The notes: a model not told the origin generated them from the sequence alone. A stretch of DNA of 64,000 nucleotides from an uncultured Oscillospiraceae bacterium (GCA_934589225.1 CAKTNS010000006.1:809-64808), one strand, 5' to 3'; counted from the first letter of the stretch, positions 46,365-55,892 are shown. Translations and numbers: made by a program.

Positions 46365-47918
46365 ATGAAAAAAGCCGGAATCCGATGGCTTTGCATTGCC
46401 GTTGCGGCGGTGATCGCGGTAACGGCGGCGGTGGGCCTGTTCCTGACATTTAAGTCCCGGGTGATCGTGGACGGAAAGCTCTATCCCAAGGGCCAGGCGA
46501 TGCTGGACCTGCGGGGCAATGCCCTCAGCGCCGAAACCTATGACAAGCTGACAGCCAAACTCCCCGGGACCACGGTCCTTTGGCAGGTCCCCTTCCAGGG
46601 CCGCACCGTTTCCAGCTCCACGGAAGAGCTGACCGTCACGGCGCTTTCCATGGAAGACGAGCAGATGCTGCGCTATTTCCCGAACCTTCGAACCCTGTGG
46701 GCAGAGGAATGCCCGGATTATGAAGCCCTGGCCCAGGCCTACCGGGATTACCCGGACTGTGATGTAGAATATCTGGTGCCCATTGAGGATGCCGAATATC
46801 CCGGCTTTTCGGAGAACGTGGCCCTGGTGGTCCCCTCGGAAGAGGATGTGCAGCGGCTGTCCTACCTGCCGGACCTTAAAACGGTGGACGGCACCCAGTG
46901 CCGGGACTACGCCCGGATGCAGCAGCTGCAGCAGGACCGGCCGGACCTGGCTGTGAGCTACGCCATTACCGTAGGCGGCACGGTTTACCCCACGGATACC
47001 CAGGTCCTGGAGGCGGCGAACGCTTCCTATGCAGAGCTGGAGGGGGCCATTTCCGTAATGCCCCAGCTGACGGAAATCAACCTGACTGACCCTGTGGCCA
47101 CCGGCGAAGAACTGGTGACCCTGCGGGAAAACCACCCGGAGCTGACCATTCACTGGACCGTGAACATCGGTTCCGCAAGCTATTCTGACGATGCCCAGGA
47201 GGTAGATATCTCCGGAACCACCATGGAGACCACCGAAACCGCCAAGGCCTACGCCGCCTATTTCCCGGAGCTTACCAAGCTCATTATGAGCGACTGCGGC
47301 ATTGACGACGAGACCATGGCCCAGTTCCGGGAGGAAATGCGGGACCAATACAAGGTGGTCTGGACGGTGTACTTCACCAAAAAGTGCAAGGCCCGGACGG
47401 ATGAAGAAAGCTTCATGCCCATCAAGCAGGGCGAGTGGTACTTCCAGGACCACGACGTTGGCCCTCTTAAATACTGCGAGGATATGGTGGCCATCGACAT
47501 CGGCCACTCCCGGGTGCGAGACATCAGCTTCGCCGCCTATATGCCCCACCTCAAATACCTGATTCTGGCCGACACCGACGTGCGGGACCTGACTCCCCTT
47601 AGCAACTGCAAGGAGCTCGTCTGGTTGGAAGTGGGCTGGGACGCCATCGAGTCCTACGAGCCCCTGCTTGGCTGCACCGCCCTGGAGGACCTGAACATCG
47701 GCAGGACCTTTGCCGACCCCGCCCCCATCTACCAGATGACCTGGCTTAAAAACCTCTGGTGCATGGAAATCAGCGGCGCCACCCAGTACGGCTGGCGCAT
47801 GGCCCTGCCCAACACCCACATCGTGGGCAAAGGCAACGACGTGGTGGCCTACGGCTGGCGCAGACTCCCCAACTACTACAAAATGCGCGATGCCCTGGGC
47901 ATGTATTATATGGACTAA
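46365..47918 (+). CDS. N-terminally membrane-anchored protein with leucine-rich-repeat-like segments
   Basis: TM WLCIAVAAVIAVTAAVGLFLTF. Repeated L..L..L/N patterns (LKYLILADTDVRDLTPLSNCKELVWLEV). Confidence 0.45.
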   Translation: MKKAGIRWLCIAVAAVIAVTAAVGLFLTFKSRVIVDGKLYPKGQAMLDLRGNALSAETYDKLTAKLPGTTVLWQVPFQGRTVSSSTEELTVTALSMEDEQMLRYFPNLRTLWAEECPDYEALAQAYRDYPDCDVEYLVPIEDAEYPGFSENVALVVPSEEDVQRLSYLPDLKTVDGTQCRDYARMQQLQQDRPDLAVSYAITVGGTVYPTDTQVLEAANASYAELEGAISVMPQLTEINLTDPVATGEELVTLRENHPELTIHWTVNIGSASYSDDAQEVDISGTTMETTETAKAYAAYFPELTKLIMSDCGIDDETMAQFREEMRDQYKVVWTVYFTKKCKARTDEESFMPIKQGEWYFQDHDVGPLKYCEDMVAIDIGHSRVRDISFAAYMPHLKYLILADTDVRDLTPLSNCKELVWLEVGWDAIESYEPLLGCTALEDLNIGRTFADPAPIYQMTWLKNLWCMEISGATQYGWRMALPNTHIVGKGNDVVAYGWRRLPNYYKMRDALGMYYMD

Positions 47919-47955
47919 AAAAAGGCCGGACAGTCAATGCTGTCCGGTTTTTTTA
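47917..47955 (+). terminator. Rho-independent terminator
   Basis: ccggacag/ctgtccgg stem flanked by A7 and T7. Confidence 0.8.
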
Positions 47956-48151
47956 TAAATCGCTTCTCCACCCCCTCCCTTTTCTGATAAAGCGAAAGAA
48001 AAATAAACCACCGGGAGCGCAGCACAAGGGCGGGCCTTCATGCAATCGTTGTGTCTGCAAGGCTTTTTTCTTGCTTTTCCCTTCGTTATCTGCTAGGATA
48101 TTCATAATATACTTCTTAGAGTCTATCTGAAAGCAAAAAGGAGCGCCGCCT

Positions 48152-49591
48152 ATGCAGCTGAACTCTTATCTGTTTATTCTGTTCTTCCTGCCCCTGTCTG
48201 TGGGCCTCTATTTTCTGGCCAACCGCCGGGGGCTTTTCTGGGGGAAAATCGCCCTGATATTGGAGTGCCTGGTGTTCTACGCCTGGGGCGGGGAAAGCAC
48301 CCTGTGGGTTCTGGGGCTGAGCCTGGGGGCCAATTACCTGTGCGCCCTGCTCCAGGTCCGGCGGCCTAAAAAGTGGGCGGTGGCCCTGCCGGTGATTTTC
48401 AACATCGGGCTTCTGGCCTTCTATAAATACTGGAATCCCCTGCTGGGGGCGGTGGGGCCGGTGCTTGGGAAGGACTGGACCTTTCAGAATCTGGTTCTCC
48501 CCCTGGGCATCAGCTTCTTTACCTTCCAGCAGATCGCCTATCAGGTGAGCCTTTCCAAGGGGGAGCTGAAAGAGGCGGGGCTGACGGACTACCTGTGCTA
48601 CATTCTCTATTTCCCCAAGCTCACCATGGGGCCCCTGATGGAGCCCGCGGACTTTATGGAGCAGCTCCATGACCCGGCCCGGAAGCGTTTCTCCTTTGAC
48701 CACGCCGCCCAGGGGCTGCGCATGTTCAGCTTCGGCCTGTTCAAGAAAATGCTGCTGGCGGATGTATTCGCCGGGGCGGTGAGCTGGGTTTTTGCCAATG
48801 AGGCCAACTCTATGGACTGGCTTCTCGGCATGCTGTGCTACACCCTGGAAATCTACTTTGACTTCTCCGGCTACAGCGACATGGCCGTGGGCATCTCCCA
48901 CATGCTGAACATCACCCTGCCCATGAACTTTGATTCCCCCTACCAAAGCCTGAACATCCGGGATTTCTGGAAACGGTGGCACCGGTCCCTGACAGGCTTT
49001 TTCACCAAATACCTCTACATCCCCCTGGGAGGCAGCCGGAAAGGGCTGGCCCGGACCTGCGTCAATACCCTCCTCGTTTTTCTCGTCAGCGGCCTGTGGC
49101 ACGGCACGGGGCGCTCCTTCCTGCTGTGGGGGCTGCTGAACGGCCTGCTCATGATTTTTGACCGGCTGACGGAGCGGTGGCAGAAGACCCTCTTTGCCCC
49201 TTTCCGGTGGCTGCTGACCTTTGGCATCATCAATGTGCTGTGGCTGCTGTTCCGGGCGGGAAGCATCCATGAGTGGCTCTCCGCCCTCTTTACCCTCTTC
49301 TCCATGCAGTCCACCCAGATAAGCCAGGGGCTTCTTGCCTGCTTTGAGCTGAAGGAGCTGAATTTGCTGGCCTCCAAACTGCCCCTGGGGTTCCTGTTCA
49401 GCAACGTCCGGGGGGTCTTCCTGAACCTCTATCTGCTCTTGGGCCTGGGGCTGTGCCTGGGCTGCCGGAACAATTACCGGCGCATGGACAAAAAGCTGAC
49501 ATTCACGGACCTGGTGCTGACCATCATTGCCTTTACCTGGTCCCTGATCTGCCTGGGCGGCGAGACCACCTTTGTATACGCCTGGTTTTAA
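48152..49591 (+). CDS. MBOAT-family membrane O-acyltransferase (AlgI/DltB-like)
   Basis: GISFFTFQQIAY, FWKRWHRSLTGFFTKYLYIPLGGSRKG, SGLWHG (catalytic His region). Confidence 0.85.
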   Translation: MQLNSYLFILFFLPLSVGLYFLANRRGLFWGKIALILECLVFYAWGGESTLWVLGLSLGANYLCALLQVRRPKKWAVALPVIFNIGLLAFYKYWNPLLGAVGPVLGKDWTFQNLVLPLGISFFTFQQIAYQVSLSKGELKEAGLTDYLCYILYFPKLTMGPLMEPADFMEQLHDPARKRFSFDHAAQGLRMFSFGLFKKMLLADVFAGAVSWVFANEANSMDWLLGMLCYTLEIYFDFSGYSDMAVGISHMLNITLPMNFDSPYQSLNIRDFWKRWHRSLTGFFTKYLYIPLGGSRKGLARTCVNTLLVFLVSGLWHGTGRSFLLWGLLNGLLMIFDRLTERWQKTLFAPFRWLLTFGIINVLWLLFRAGSIHEWLSALFTLFSMQSTQISQGLLACFELKELNLLASKLPLGFLFSNVRGVFLNLYLLLGLGLCLGCRNNYRRMDKKLTFTDLVLTIIAFTWSLICLGGETTFVYAWF

Positions 49592-49603
49592 AGGAGGAAC
49601 GCA

Positions 49604-50716
49604 ATGAAGGGAAAACAGTTTTTATTGGGCTTTCTGGCGGGCTCCTGCGTGATTCTGGGTGCCCTGGGCTATCAGGTCTGGAAGGTCGACCCCTATTTTC
49701 ACTACCACGCCCCAGACACCGCCGCCCACAGCTATACTTTAAACGCCGAACGCTACCAGAATGACGGCATCGTGAAGCACTTCACCTACGACGCCATGAT
49801 CACCGGCAGCTCCATGACCTCCAACTTCAAGGCCTCTCAAATGGATAAACTTTTCGGAGTCCGCACCGTCAAAACCACCTTCCTAGGGGCCACCCCCAAG
49901 GAGACCGCCATGCTGATCCGGGCCGCGTTGAAAGCAAACCCGGACCTTAAAATGGTGCTGCGGAGCATTGACATTGATGCCCTTTTAAGGGAGCCGGAGC
50001 GCATGGGGGCCGCCCCCTCCGCAACCCCCAGTTATCTTTATGACCGGAACCCCTTTAATGACGTCAACTACCTGCTGCGGCGGGAGGTGCTCTTTGACCG
50101 GGTGCTGGACAACCACGGCTCCGGCATCACGGATTTTGACACCTATTCCAACTGGCAGTCCTACTGGACCTACGGCATCCACAGCGTGGCCCCGGAGGGC
50201 ATCCATGCAGAGCCCACGGCCCAGACCAATGCCTTCACCCCGGAGGAGCGGCTCTACATCCGGGAGAATCTGGAGCGCCACTATCTGGCCCCGGCCCGGG
50301 AATACCCTGATACGGAATTCTATGTCTTCATCGCCCCCTACGGCCTGTGCTGGTGGGCCCAGGAATACAGCACCGGCAGCGTGGGCCTGTGGACGGAACT
50401 GCAGCAGATCATTGCCGAAACCCTGCTGCCCCAGGAAAATATCCGGCTGTTCTCCTTCTTTAACCAATTTGACATGCTGGAGGACCAGAACAACTACAAG
50501 GACATCACCCACTACGCCGGCTGGATCAACGACTGGATGCTCTCGGCCATGTCCCAGGGCATCGGGGCCGTGACCTGGGAGAATCTGGAAGAAAACCTTG
50601 CGGAGCAGTATGACTTTTACACCACCTACGACTATAACCGGCTGAACGACCAGACGGACTATGAAGAGGACCTGCTGGCGGCTCAAAAATGGAGCCCGGC
50701 GGAAGGGGAAAATTAA
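49604..50716 (+). CDS. Membrane-anchored extracytoplasmic partner of the MBOAT protein, function unknown
   Basis: N-terminal TM FLLGFLAGSCVILGALGY. Tight linkage to the MBOAT gene. No motif recognised. Confidence 0.45.
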   Translation: MKGKQFLLGFLAGSCVILGALGYQVWKVDPYFHYHAPDTAAHSYTLNAERYQNDGIVKHFTYDAMITGSSMTSNFKASQMDKLFGVRTVKTTFLGATPKETAMLIRAALKANPDLKMVLRSIDIDALLREPERMGAAPSATPSYLYDRNPFNDVNYLLRREVLFDRVLDNHGSGITDFDTYSNWQSYWTYGIHSVAPEGIHAEPTAQTNAFTPEERLYIRENLERHYLAPAREYPDTEFYVFIAPYGLCWWAQEYSTGSVGLWTELQQIIAETLLPQENIRLFSFFNQFDMLEDQNNYKDITHYAGWINDWMLSAMSQGIGAVTWENLEENLAEQYDFYTTYDYNRLNDQTDYEEDLLAAQKWSPAEGEN

Positions 50717-50805
50717 GAAATTTATTTTCTGCCGGACTTGCATTTTTTACGGTATTATGTTAATCTTATAGATGACAACACAGAAAAGAGAGGGAAGCAC
50801 TTTTC

Positions 50806-51090
50806 ATGAATAAACCGGATTTTATCGCCGCCGTCTCCGAGAAAGCGGGGCTGTCCAGAAGGGATACGGAGCGGGTCGTCAATGCCGCTTTGGATACCAT
50901 CACCGCTGCCCTGGTCGCCGGGGAAAAGGTCTCCTTCAGCGGCTTCGGCATCTTCGAAACCAAGCTGCGTATGGCCCGGGTGGGCCGTGACCCCCACACC
51001 AAGGAGCCCATGCAGATCCCCGAGACCCATGTGCCCGCCTTCAAGCCCAGCAAGGTTTTAAAGGACACCGTGGCAAAAGGCGGCCTATGA
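50806..51090 (+). CDS. hup: HU-family DNA-binding protein
   Basis: [27 protein letters not shown]...GFGIFE...RVGRDPHT. Confidence 0.9.
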   Translation: MNKPDFIAAVSEKAGLSRRDTERVVNAALDTITAALVAGEKVSFSGFGIFETKLRMARVGRDPHTKEPMQIPETHVPAFKPSKVLKDTVAKGGL

Positions 51091-51326
51091 GACTGGACAA
51101 GTATTTAAAGGTATCCCGGCTGATCAAGCGGCGCACCGTTGCCAACGAAGCCTGTGACAACGGCCGCATCAGCGTCAACGGCCGGGTGGTCAAGGCCAGC
51201 TACGATGTCAAAGTGGGGGACAAGCTGGAAATCGCCCTGGGTAACAGGACCTTGGCAGTGGAAGTGCTGCAGGTGGCGGAAACCGTTAAAAAAGGCGATG
51301 CCTGCGGCATGTACAAAGAACTGTAA
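51087..51326 (+). CDS. S4-domain RNA-binding protein (YabO/Hsp15-like)
   Basis: [33 protein letters not shown]. Confidence 0.8.
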   Translation: MRLDKYLKVSRLIKRRTVANEACDNGRISVNGRVVKASYDVKVGDKLEIALGNRTLAVEVLQVAETVKKGDACGMYKEL

Positions 51327-51327
51327 A

Positions 51328-51380
51328 GAAATCGGAAAAAGCTTTCAGTGATGCTTTTTCCGATTTTCTTTTATTTTTTC
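51328..51380 (+). terminator. Rho-independent terminator
   Basis: gaaatcggaaaaagc/gctttttccgatttt stem followed by a T-rich run. Confidence 0.75.
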
Positions 51381-51391
51381 AGAAATAGCTC

Positions 51392-51420
51392 TTGACATTT
51401 CCTGCTTTTTCCGATAAAAT
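51392..51420 (+). promoter_or_regulatory. Sigma-70 promoter of rpsF-ssb-rpsR
   Basis: TTGACA, 17 nt spacer, TAAAAT. Confidence 0.65.
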
Positions 51421-51500
51421 AGACCGGTCTGCAAAGAAGCAGACGATCCTTGCTCCCGACGGCGTCGGGGGCCAAAAGTCCAAAAGGAGGTGCAAACAAC

Positions 51501-51797
51501 ATGGCTAAGATCACCGGCAAGTATGAGGTGCTCTACATCATCGACCCTGCTCAGGGCGAAGAGGGCATCGCTGCTCTGGTAGAAAAGTTCAAGGCAATGG
51601 TGGAGGCGGAGGGTACTCTGTCCAGCATTGATGAGTGGGGCAAGCGTCGCCTGGCATACCCCATCAATGATCTGATGGAAGGCTACTACGTTCTGATGAA
51701 CATGGAAGTCAAGCCCGAGTTCCCCGCAGAGCTGGAGCGTGTGATGAAGATCACCGAAGGCGTCCTGCGCTGCCTGACCACCGCGGTGGAGGAGTAA
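51501..51797 (+). CDS. rpsF: 30S ribosomal protein S6
   Basis: YEVLYIIDP...WGKRRLAYPI. Confidence 0.95.
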   Translation: MAKITGKYEVLYIIDPAQGEEGIAALVEKFKAMVEAEGTLSSIDEWGKRRLAYPINDLMEGYYVLMNMEVKPEFPAELERVMKITEGVLRCLTTAVEE

Positions 51798-51800
51798 TTT

Positions 51801-52307
51801 ATGCTCAACCACATTGTCATTATGGGTCGCCTGGTCCGTGACCCGGAGCTGCGTCGCACTGGTAGCGGTGTGGCTGTGGCAAGTTTTCGCGTAGCCGTTG
51901 ACCGGGACTTCGCTCCCAAGGACGGCAGCGAGCGGAAGGCCGATTTCATCGATTGTGTCGCTTGGCGTCAGACCGGAGAGTTCATCTCCAAGTATTTCTC
52001 CAAGGGCCGCATGATCGTTGTAGACGGTCGTCTGGAAATGCGCGATTGGACCGATAAAGAAGGCAACAAGCGCACATCTGCGGAAGTCGTCGTGGCCAAC
52101 GCCTATTTCGGCGACAGCAAACGGGATGATGCTTCCAACTCCGGAAGCTACAACGGCGGCAGCTATTCTGCCTCCTCCGGGAATTACGGCGGCGGCTACT
52201 CTGCCCCCTCCAATCCCAGCTACGGCAATTCCTATGCCGCTCCCGCCAGCGCGCCCGCATCCGATTTCTCCATGCTGGAGGATGACGACGCCCAGCTGCC
52301 CTTCTGA
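51801..52307 (+). CDS. ssb: Single-stranded DNA-binding protein
   Basis: MLNHIVIMGRLVRDPELR OB-fold start. Gly/Ser/Tyr-rich tail ending DDDAQLPF. Confidence 0.95.
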   Translation: MLNHIVIMGRLVRDPELRRTGSGVAVASFRVAVDRDFAPKDGSERKADFIDCVAWRQTGEFISKYFSKGRMIVVDGRLEMRDWTDKEGNKRTSAEVVVANAYFGDSKRDDASNSGSYNGGSYSASSGNYGGGYSAPSNPSYGNSYAAPASAPASDFSMLEDDDAQLPF

Positions 52308-52344
52308 GAAACTTTTCTACTAGACTATGAAGGAGGTTATTTCC

Positions 52345-52581
52345 ATGGCTAACGAACAGCGTATGCGTCCCCGCAAGCGTAGAAAGGTCTGCGCTTTCTG
52401 CGTGGATAAGGTGACCAGCATTGACTATAAGGACACCGCAAAGCTCCGCCGTTACCTGTCCGAGCGCGGCAAGATCCTGCCCCGCCGTACCACCGGTACC
52501 TGCGCCGCCCACCAGCGTGACCTGACCACCGCCATCAAGCGCGCCCGTCAGATCGCCCTGCTGCCCTACGTCACCGACTAA
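52345..52581 (+). CDS. rpsR: 30S ribosomal protein S18
   Basis: [10 protein letters not shown]...IDYKD...[22 protein letters not shown]. Confidence 0.95.
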   Translation: MANEQRMRPRKRRKVCAFCVDKVTSIDYKDTAKLRRYLSERGKILPRRTTGTCAAHQRDLTTAIKRARQIALLPYVTD

Positions 52582-52594
52582 TTTCAATAAAAGA

Positions 52595-52636
52595 ACAGCT
52601 GCTAAGACTCGAGAGGGTTTTGGCAGCTGTTTTTTG
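52595..52636 (+). terminator. Rho-independent terminator
   Basis: acagctgc ... gcagctgt stem followed by ttttt. Confidence 0.75.
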
Positions 52637-52639
52637 TTA

Positions 52640-52997
52640 AAATCGCCCCGTCCCCTCCCCCGCCCCGGCGGCCACCAAGGGGAACGGCTAAAAAATTGAC
52701 AATTGACAATTGGTTTGAGTTGACAGTTATTGAGGACGGACGTGGCCGTTTTTAGAATCCGTAGGTTAAAGAATTATCCAATCAGCAAAACCGTAGGGAA
52801 CGGCCTATGTGCCGTTCCGGGGACGCTCCGAATACACCCCGTGCCGACAAAACGGAACCACCCCCGACATGTCATTCCGAGCGAGTGAACGAGTCGAGGA
52901 ATCTTCCCGAGTTGAAAGTTTTATCTTGTGTTGGTTCTTTCACCAACGTAGTGGATTCCTCCACTACACTTCGTGGCCCGGTTTTTTACGGTCTCCT
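52640..52997. repeat. Non-coding patch of short direct and inverted repeats (REP-like)
   Basis: ttgacaattgacaatt...ttgaca. Hairpins ggaacggc-N6-gccgttcc and gtagtgga-ttcc-tccactac. Recurring ggaacgg/ccgtagg words. Confidence 0.5.
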
Positions 52998-53450
52998 TTA
53001 TTTCCCGTTTTCTTTCCACCGCGCAAACAGCCCCGCAGCACCGGAAAGGAAATCATAGGGAATCCGCACCGTGTCCTCTGTATCTTCCCGGTCCTCCGCA
53101 AAAATCGGATAGGGATTGCAGCCACCGGAGAGGACGCCCACATCCGCTCTGCCAAAGGAATTGCCGCAGTTCTGGCAAACTACATGCTCTCCCCGGGCCT
53201 CAAAGTAGGCTTTGCGGGAGCCATTGCAGACCTGGCAGGTATTAAACGCCGTGCGCACAGTGCCGTCCCCATCCTTTGCGGCCAGCACCTCCATTTGCAG
53301 ATCATCCACCGTAAACGTATAAATCCGAATCGTTTCGGACAGCTCCGCTACGGGAATTTCCAGACCGCTGTCCGTTACAGCGGCGCTCTCCTGCTTTCCG
53401 CAGCCGGACAGCATCACCAATACCAATAAAATCCATATATAACGCTTCAT
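52998..53450 (-). CDS. Cys-rich lipoprotein (DUF2318-like putative metal-binding protein)
   Basis: MKRYIWILLVLVMLSGC lipobox. CQVCNGS ... CQNCGNSF ... GGCNPYP cysteine clusters. Confidence 0.55.
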   Translation of the reverse strand: MKRYIWILLVLVMLSGCGKQESAAVTDSGLEIPVAELSETIRIYTFTVDDLQMEVLAAKDGDGTVRTAFNTCQVCNGSRKAYFEARGEHVVCQNCGNSFGRADVGVLSGGCNPYPIFAEDREDTEDTVRIPYDFLSGAAGLFARWKENGK

Positions 53451-53462
53451 ATTAAAAACTCC

Positions 53463-54875
53463 TTACTCAACAATAATGGTTCCGTGAATCATGCCCATCC
53501 AGCAGCTGTAGGAATAGGTTCCGGAAGTTTCCGGGGTAAATTCAATAATATTCTCCCCGGATTGAACGTTTTTTTCGATTCCAAAGTCCCGACAGATCAT
53601 TCGATTGTTGCAGCCGTTGATTTCGTCCTCCTCTGCGTAGATGGTCCACTTCACCGGAATGCCTGCCGTAACCCGAATGTCCGCATAGCTCCAGGAGGTC
53701 AGCGTACTTTCCACCACCTGGATGCCATTCTCCATTTTCGCCGTGTCCGGCGCGTTTTTCCCAGGCATCAACAGCGGCACACTTATACAGACAACCAGGG
53801 CGGCAACGGCAGCAATACCCTTTTTCCATCCGGCAATCGGCAGTTTCCCAAGAAACAATTCCACACACAGCCACGCAAATGCAGAAAGCAGCATCGCGGA
53901 TGTAAAGAGCCCTGTCAGGCTCCCTCCTTGGCTTAACATGGAGAGGCCAAAAACCGCGATCAGAACCGCGCCGCAGGAAAGGACGGCCCCTGTAAAGCGC
54001 TTTCCAAGCCATGCCGTCATGGATGCAAACCCCAACAGCAGCGGCATTGTACCCAGGCTGAAGCACAGCATACTCAATCCGCCCCGCAGAGCACTCCCAC
54101 TGGCCAGCGCCAGGAGCAGCATACTCTGCAGCGGACCGCAGGGCATAAATCCATTCAGCAAACCGATGCCAAAGGGCGGCAGCCCCTTTGGTTTTGGCAG
54201 ACGGATATGCCATCCTGAAGGCCTTGGGAACCGAGGCAAAAGTTCCAGCATATTCAGACCCATCAAAAGCATTGCCGTACCGGCCAGCAGCTTCAACGCA
54301 CCCTGAAGCCAATAGGATGCCCCACCTAAATTGTCCGTCAGGCCCCCCAGCGCTCCTAAAGCCGATCCAAGCCCGGTGTAGGACACCAGCCGCCCAAGAT
54401 GATATTGCAGCACCGGTCCAACGGATGCTTTTTTCACGCCGGTCATGCTTTGGCTAAGGCCGATGCCGCCGCACATAGCCACACAGTGCACCGATGTCAG
54501 CAAGCCTGTGACAAACAGCATCCCGTAGCTCATGGAGCTGTCCGCAAGCTGCGTCGGCACCAGCAGGTTCAGAATACCGCTGCGTTCCAAAAGAAAGTAA
54601 AGCCCCCAGAGGGCCGCCAGCTTTGCACCCAAGATCGCCAGCGACGTTCTTGGCGGAACCGTGGAGGCACCGTACCCCGCCGCCTCCACAGCCCGACACA
54701 GGTCCTCCGGTGTCAGAGCATCGGAAAAATACCGCACACGGGCAATGCGTTTTCCAAAGTCTACACGAACCTCGGAAACGCCCTGCAGCGCACCGAGGCA
54801 ATCTTCAATTCGTTTGGCACACAACGTACAGCTCATGCCCTGTAGGTAAATCATAACGGTGTTATTCTGTCTCAT
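53463..54875 (-). CDS. HMA domain, TauE/SafE-like permease and cupredoxin-like domain fusion
   Basis: N-terminal GMSCTLCAKRIE (MxCxxC HMA), about 8 TM helices, C-terminal YSYSCWMGMIHGTI cupredoxin-like Cys/Met/His site. Confidence 0.65.
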   Translation of the reverse strand: MRQNNTVMIYLQGMSCTLCAKRIEDCLGALQGVSEVRVDFGKRIARVRYFSDALTPEDLCRAVEAAGYGASTVPPRTSLAILGAKLAALWGLYFLLERSGILNLLVPTQLADSSMSYGMLFVTGLLTSVHCVAMCGGIGLSQSMTGVKKASVGPVLQYHLGRLVSYTGLGSALGALGGLTDNLGGASYWLQGALKLLAGTAMLLMGLNMLELLPRFPRPSGWHIRLPKPKGLPPFGIGLLNGFMPCGPLQSMLLLALASGSALRGGLSMLCFSLGTMPLLLGFASMTAWLGKRFTGAVLSCGAVLIAVFGLSMLSQGGSLTGLFTSAMLLSAFAWLCVELFLGKLPIAGWKKGIAAVAALVVCISVPLLMPGKNAPDTAKMENGIQVVESTLTSWSYADIRVTAGIPVKWTIYAEEDEINGCNNRMICRDFGIEKNVQSGENIIEFTPETSGTYSYSCWMGMIHGTIIVE

Positions 54876-54896
54876 GCTGCCTCCATGGAAATGTTG

Positions 54897-54908
54897 ATAG
54901 TCTACTAT
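54897..54908 (-). promoter_or_regulatory. Palindromic operator candidate in the 5' UTR of the metal operon
   Basis: ATAGT-CT-ACTAT perfect palindrome between the -10 and the RBS. Confidence 0.4.
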
Positions 54909-54918
54909 TCAGGTAGGC

Positions 54919-54947
54919 ATTATACAGGCAGATCCTTTCCTTGTCAA
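54919..54947 (-). promoter_or_regulatory. Sigma-70 promoter of the metal operon
   Basis: On the minus strand: TTGACA, 17 nt spacer, TATAAT. Confidence 0.65.
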
Positions 54948-55322
54948 TTCCCCTGGCTATTACTTTTCGCAATAACCAGGTAAAGCGATATAGAGGCAAT
55001 GGGGCACATACCCTAAAATCACGCGAAAGCGAGGAAGAGCAGCTATGCGCAAATACACCGGAGCACAGACCGTAAAGAAGCTTCTGGCTGCCTTTGCCGC
55101 CGAGGAAGAAGGCTTCCTGGAACTGGCCCAGCTACACAGACGATGATGATTCAACGGGCATTGCCTAAAACCGCAGCACCGCCCTGGGCCTCACAGCCCG
55201 GGGCGCTTATACCGATGTACGCAAAAAGCGGGCCACCGAAGTGACCCGCCAGCGCTCCGAGAATCAGGTGGGGCGACACTCCCACATCTCCTACCAGGGG
55301 CGGCAGCTGCCCGTTCTGCCCT

Positions 55323-55892
55323 CTAATTCTCCTTGCTGTCCAGATATGCCCGCAGCTCTTTCAGCCATCTGGGGACAAGGCTCCCCACCGTCCGCAGTTC
55401 TCCGTTCCGATACTCCGCCACCAATACAAAGCCGTTGTCGTTGTCGTAGAACTCCGCTTCGTCACAGTAGGGCAGCACCTTAGCAACCGCCTCCCAGCGG
55501 CCCGCAAAGCGGCGTTCAACATCCTGGGTGGGAATATCATGCCCGCCACGGCGTACCCGGTTGGCGATCCGGGAAACGCTCTCAGCAGCACTATCCAGAC
55601 CGATGTAGTACAGCCGCACTTTGTAGCCCTTCTCTACCACTTGCCTGACCGTGGCTTCTGTCTTGCGGCCTGACAGGGTGGTTTCCTGGGTAAAGCAAAC
55701 GCCCTTGGCAATGCATTCGTTGATTTTCTTCAAGGCAGCCTTGCCACCCACAAGGGCATTTCCGCCCAGCTCTGCGGTGATTTTGTCCACATCAATGATC
55801 ATTCCCAAATCGGTACAGCGTTCTTTCAATACGCCCGTGAAGCTGGATTTCCCAACGCCATTCACACCGCCGATAATTGTATAGGTTCTCAT
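55323..55892 (-). CDS. Zeta-toxin-like P-loop kinase
   Basis: TIIGGVNGVGKSS Walker A, FTQETTLSG, RVRRGGHDIP. Overlaps the upstream small gene. Confidence 0.65.
   Translation of the reverse strand: MRTYTIIGGVNGVGKSSFTGVLKERCTDLGMIIDVDKITAELGGNALVGGKAALKKINECIAKGVCFTQETTLSGRKTEATVRQVVEKGYKVRLYYIGLDSAAESVSRIANRVRRGGHDIPTQDVERRFAGRWEAVAKVLPYCDEAEFYDNDNGFVLVAEYRNGELRTVGSLVPRWLKELRAYLDSKEN

Noticed and set aside
52809-53429. 206-codon plus-strand ORF (MPFRGRSEYTPCRQNG...).
   Set aside because: It starts inside the REP-like repeat patch and runs antisense through the Cys-rich lipoprotein gene. The SFRASERVEESS-type translation is a known by-product of such repeats.
55044-55145. 33-codon ORF (MRKYTGAQTVKKLLAAFAAEEEGFLELAQLHRR) reminiscent of a rubrerythrin/ferritin-like N-terminus.
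   Set aside because: It is too short, the resemblance is vague and there is no downstream continuation. At best it is a gene fragment, and that cannot be supported by eye.
55150-55320. Minus-strand hydrophobic mini-ORF (...VGVSPHLILGALAGHFGGPLFAYIGISAPG...) downstream of the zeta-like gene.
   Set aside because: It has only a GTG candidate start, no RBS and no recognisable family. It may be a remnant, but the evidence is insufficient.
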